Source: Owenia fusiformis (taxonomy: Eukaryota). Taken from it: DNA of 64,000 nucleotides. Shown here piece after piece: positions 61,537 through 64,000 of this stretch (its first letter is position 1; each line of letters begins with the position of its first letter). The stretch is from positions 33,976,001 through 34,040,000 of the forward strand of contig CAIIXF020000001.1 of NCBI GenBank assembly GCA_903813345.2, in the 5' to 3' direction. The notes under the pieces were generated by a model. The model ran no database searches. It had not been told where the DNA came from and saw nothing but the letters and a program-made list of their open reading frames with translations. Both the position numbers and the translations under genes were made by a program.

Positions 61537-64000
61537 GTTTTTAGCTCACATGGTGAGCTCTTGCAATCACTTGTCCGTCTGTCTGTCCGTCCATCCGTTC
61601 GTGCGTCCGTCCGTCAACAATAGTGGCACGTTTTAAAACCTCTGTCGATTTTATTCCTGTTTTAAGTTATTTCTGTTCAACATCAATACAGAAAACTCCC
61701 CCATGACTCCTCGTTCAAAAGCTCGCCTATTTTCAAAATGGCCGCCATTTTTGTGTCGCGAAATTCACTTTTGACCCATTTCCTAGCTTTACAAATAATT
61801 TTAGGTGTCCTGCATTGTAAAAATCCATGTCAATGTAAAAGTAGTAACCTTATAAACCCAAAAATTGACCTTTTTCAGTTTTTGAGCTCTTATATCTCAA
61901 AACTTGGACAACATTTTAATAAATAGCCAATTACTAATATGTGTAGAACTCTTAGAGAAATGTATATCCTGACTTTCAATTAAAATATTGATTTGTAGTC
62001 TCGAACTTGGAGAAACTTAGATAGCACAGTTTGTGACCTAATTTGATGACCTTGACCTTTGACCTTAAAATGTTTACTTTTTTCGACCTCACTAGGCCTT
62101 TTTGATTACGCTGACTTAAAATTGAATCCAAAGATTCAATTTAAAAAATCAACTTTTCTGACATTTCGAAGGTCACTGAAGGTCAACTAAAGGTCAAAGA
62201 TCAAATCTGAGGTCAGATTTGGACTCCTGGGAACATGTAGATGATTTTTAAAAAAATTGGTCACATTGAAGCAAGTTGAAAAATGACCTTTTTTGACCGT
62301 TTTTGACGTCAAATATCATTTAAATGATAATGTACAGTCTAAATTTGATAAATGCGAAAAAATAATGAAAAGCTGGCAAAGTAGACATTTAACATTACTG
62401 GGTAGAATTACACTAATCAAGTCATTATTGACATCTCAGTTTAGTTATTTAATGCAAACTTTTGTAATGCCTGACAATCTGCTCAATCGAATCAATGTTC
62501 TCATGTTCAAGTTCCTCTGGTCAAAAAGCAAATTTAAAGAGGAAGATTTAAAACGTGTGCCAGAAAAGGTAAAAAGAGATATCATAATACAGGATTATAA
62601 CAAAGGTGGTTTAAAAATGATTAATGTACATGATATCCAGAAAGCTTATTTATTAAAGTGGGTTAAAAACCTGTCAACACCAGGCAATGGTGCATTTAGA
62701 ATATTACCTTTATTGTACTTTAATAAACTAGGCAAAAACATGAGTGTGTTTAAGTCTTCTGTATCAGAAGCTAAATTCATAGGGATTGATAACATTAAGT
62801 CTAAATTTTATAAAAGATTGTTAACCACGTGGTTAGAATGTAATAAGAACCATGGGATTGAAAATGATTATTTGTTTAATAACAGAAATGTATTGTTTAG
62901 ACAAAACCCTTTATTTTTTCCAAATTGGATCAGATCAGGTCTAATTTATATTTCAGATGTACTTGTAAATGAAACAATGATATCTTATGACCAACTATGT
63001 ACAACTCTCCTAAGAAATGGTGAAACTTGGTTTCAGTATACAACAGTCAATTCCATTATTTCAAGACTGTTAATAAACAGAACTATTCCACAGCACTGCG
63101 AGCCTTTATCTTTCAGAAACATTAATGTAAGAGAATTGACATGTAAAAATGTAAGACTTGAATTAACTAAAGACAAGTTGCTCATTGGTCCAGATAGATT
63201 TAGTGAAAAACAATGGACCCTTACAAAAGAATTATTTAAAGAAACAAAAATAATTGAACTACAGTGGAAAATTATGCATGGAATATTTCCTACCAGAAAA
63301 TTAATGTACAAATATCAAATTGAAGAAGTACAAAATGAACTCTGTCAAAGCTGCTTAGTGCAAGACAATCTGTTACATTACATTATTGGGATAAGCATTT
63401 CCCAGGTATAACCTGTAATGACATTTTATTTGGTAATCCTATACTTACCAAGGTTGCCTCTAAGAAAATTATCCAACTTAAAAATTGTATTGCTGTTGGT
63501 AAACAGAACAATATTAGTATTTACTATTTAGCTGATTCCATTTTCTGATTCTTGAAAAAGATTGTTTTTTATGTAACGTAACAACACTCTCTGTAATTTG
63601 TATATAATTTGTTGATTTTAATAAAAAAAAAAAAATCTAAAAAACTGTAAAAAATTAATGCTGACATATAGTGAACAATTTGTAGGGAAAACCTAAATCT
63701 AGTCTCACTTTAATTCATCGCAAGAAATAATGAAGTATAAGGACAAACTTGAGAAACTTGAAAAAAACTTGAGTTGACTTAGATTTTGACCTTTGCACTT
63801 GACCTACATAAAAAATATTTAAAAAATTTGTTCAATTTGAAGCAAGTTAAAATTTGACCTTCAAAAATTTCAAATTGACCCTTTATCAATTTTTGAGCTC
63901 TCAAAATTGGGACAAAATTCTATTAGATAGTCAATTGCTAATATGTGTAGAAACCTTAGAGAAGTGTATATTCCGACTTCTGATTAAAAATATTGATTTG
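61537..64000. mobile_element. Probable Helentron-associated (HINE/DINE-1-like) non-autonomous repeat, interrupted by a LINE
   Basis: tttttAGCTCACatgGTGAGCT hairpin followed by a (TCCG/TCTG)n microsatellite; tgacctt-rich body; internal direct repeat ~61880-61995 / ~63890-64000. Extent uncertain. Confidence 0.55.
62311..63635 (+). mobile_element. 5'-truncated L1/Tx1-clade LINE 3' end with poly(A)
   Basis: KIMKSWQSRHLTLLGRITLIKSLLTSQF...KGGLKMIN is homologous to 45650-46830; ends AATAAAAAAAAAAAAA at ~63620-63635. Confidence 0.88.

Overview
Eukaryotic, AT-rich, repeat-dominated animal DNA; an invertebrate source is inferred, not established. Bases 1-14.9 kb are a 70-bp-monomer satellite. From about 15 to 56 kb is a dense nest of non-autonomous DNA transposons (TA-, ANT-, TTAA- and 9-bp-TSD families), decayed LINEs and Tc1/mariner transposase relics. 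This nest includes an interrupted tandem array of about 14 tRNA-Gly-derived units and a 500-N assembly gap. The only convincing host gene is a 4.2-kb minus-strand coding exon (56328-60534) for a TRPV-like ankyrin/6-TM channel. It is unusual in having an N-terminal WH2-like actin-binding motif, Pro-rich and Tyr-based docking motifs, a ~170-aa mucin-like S1-S2 loop, and His in place of the conserved S6 Asn. All calls are by eye; no database searches were run.
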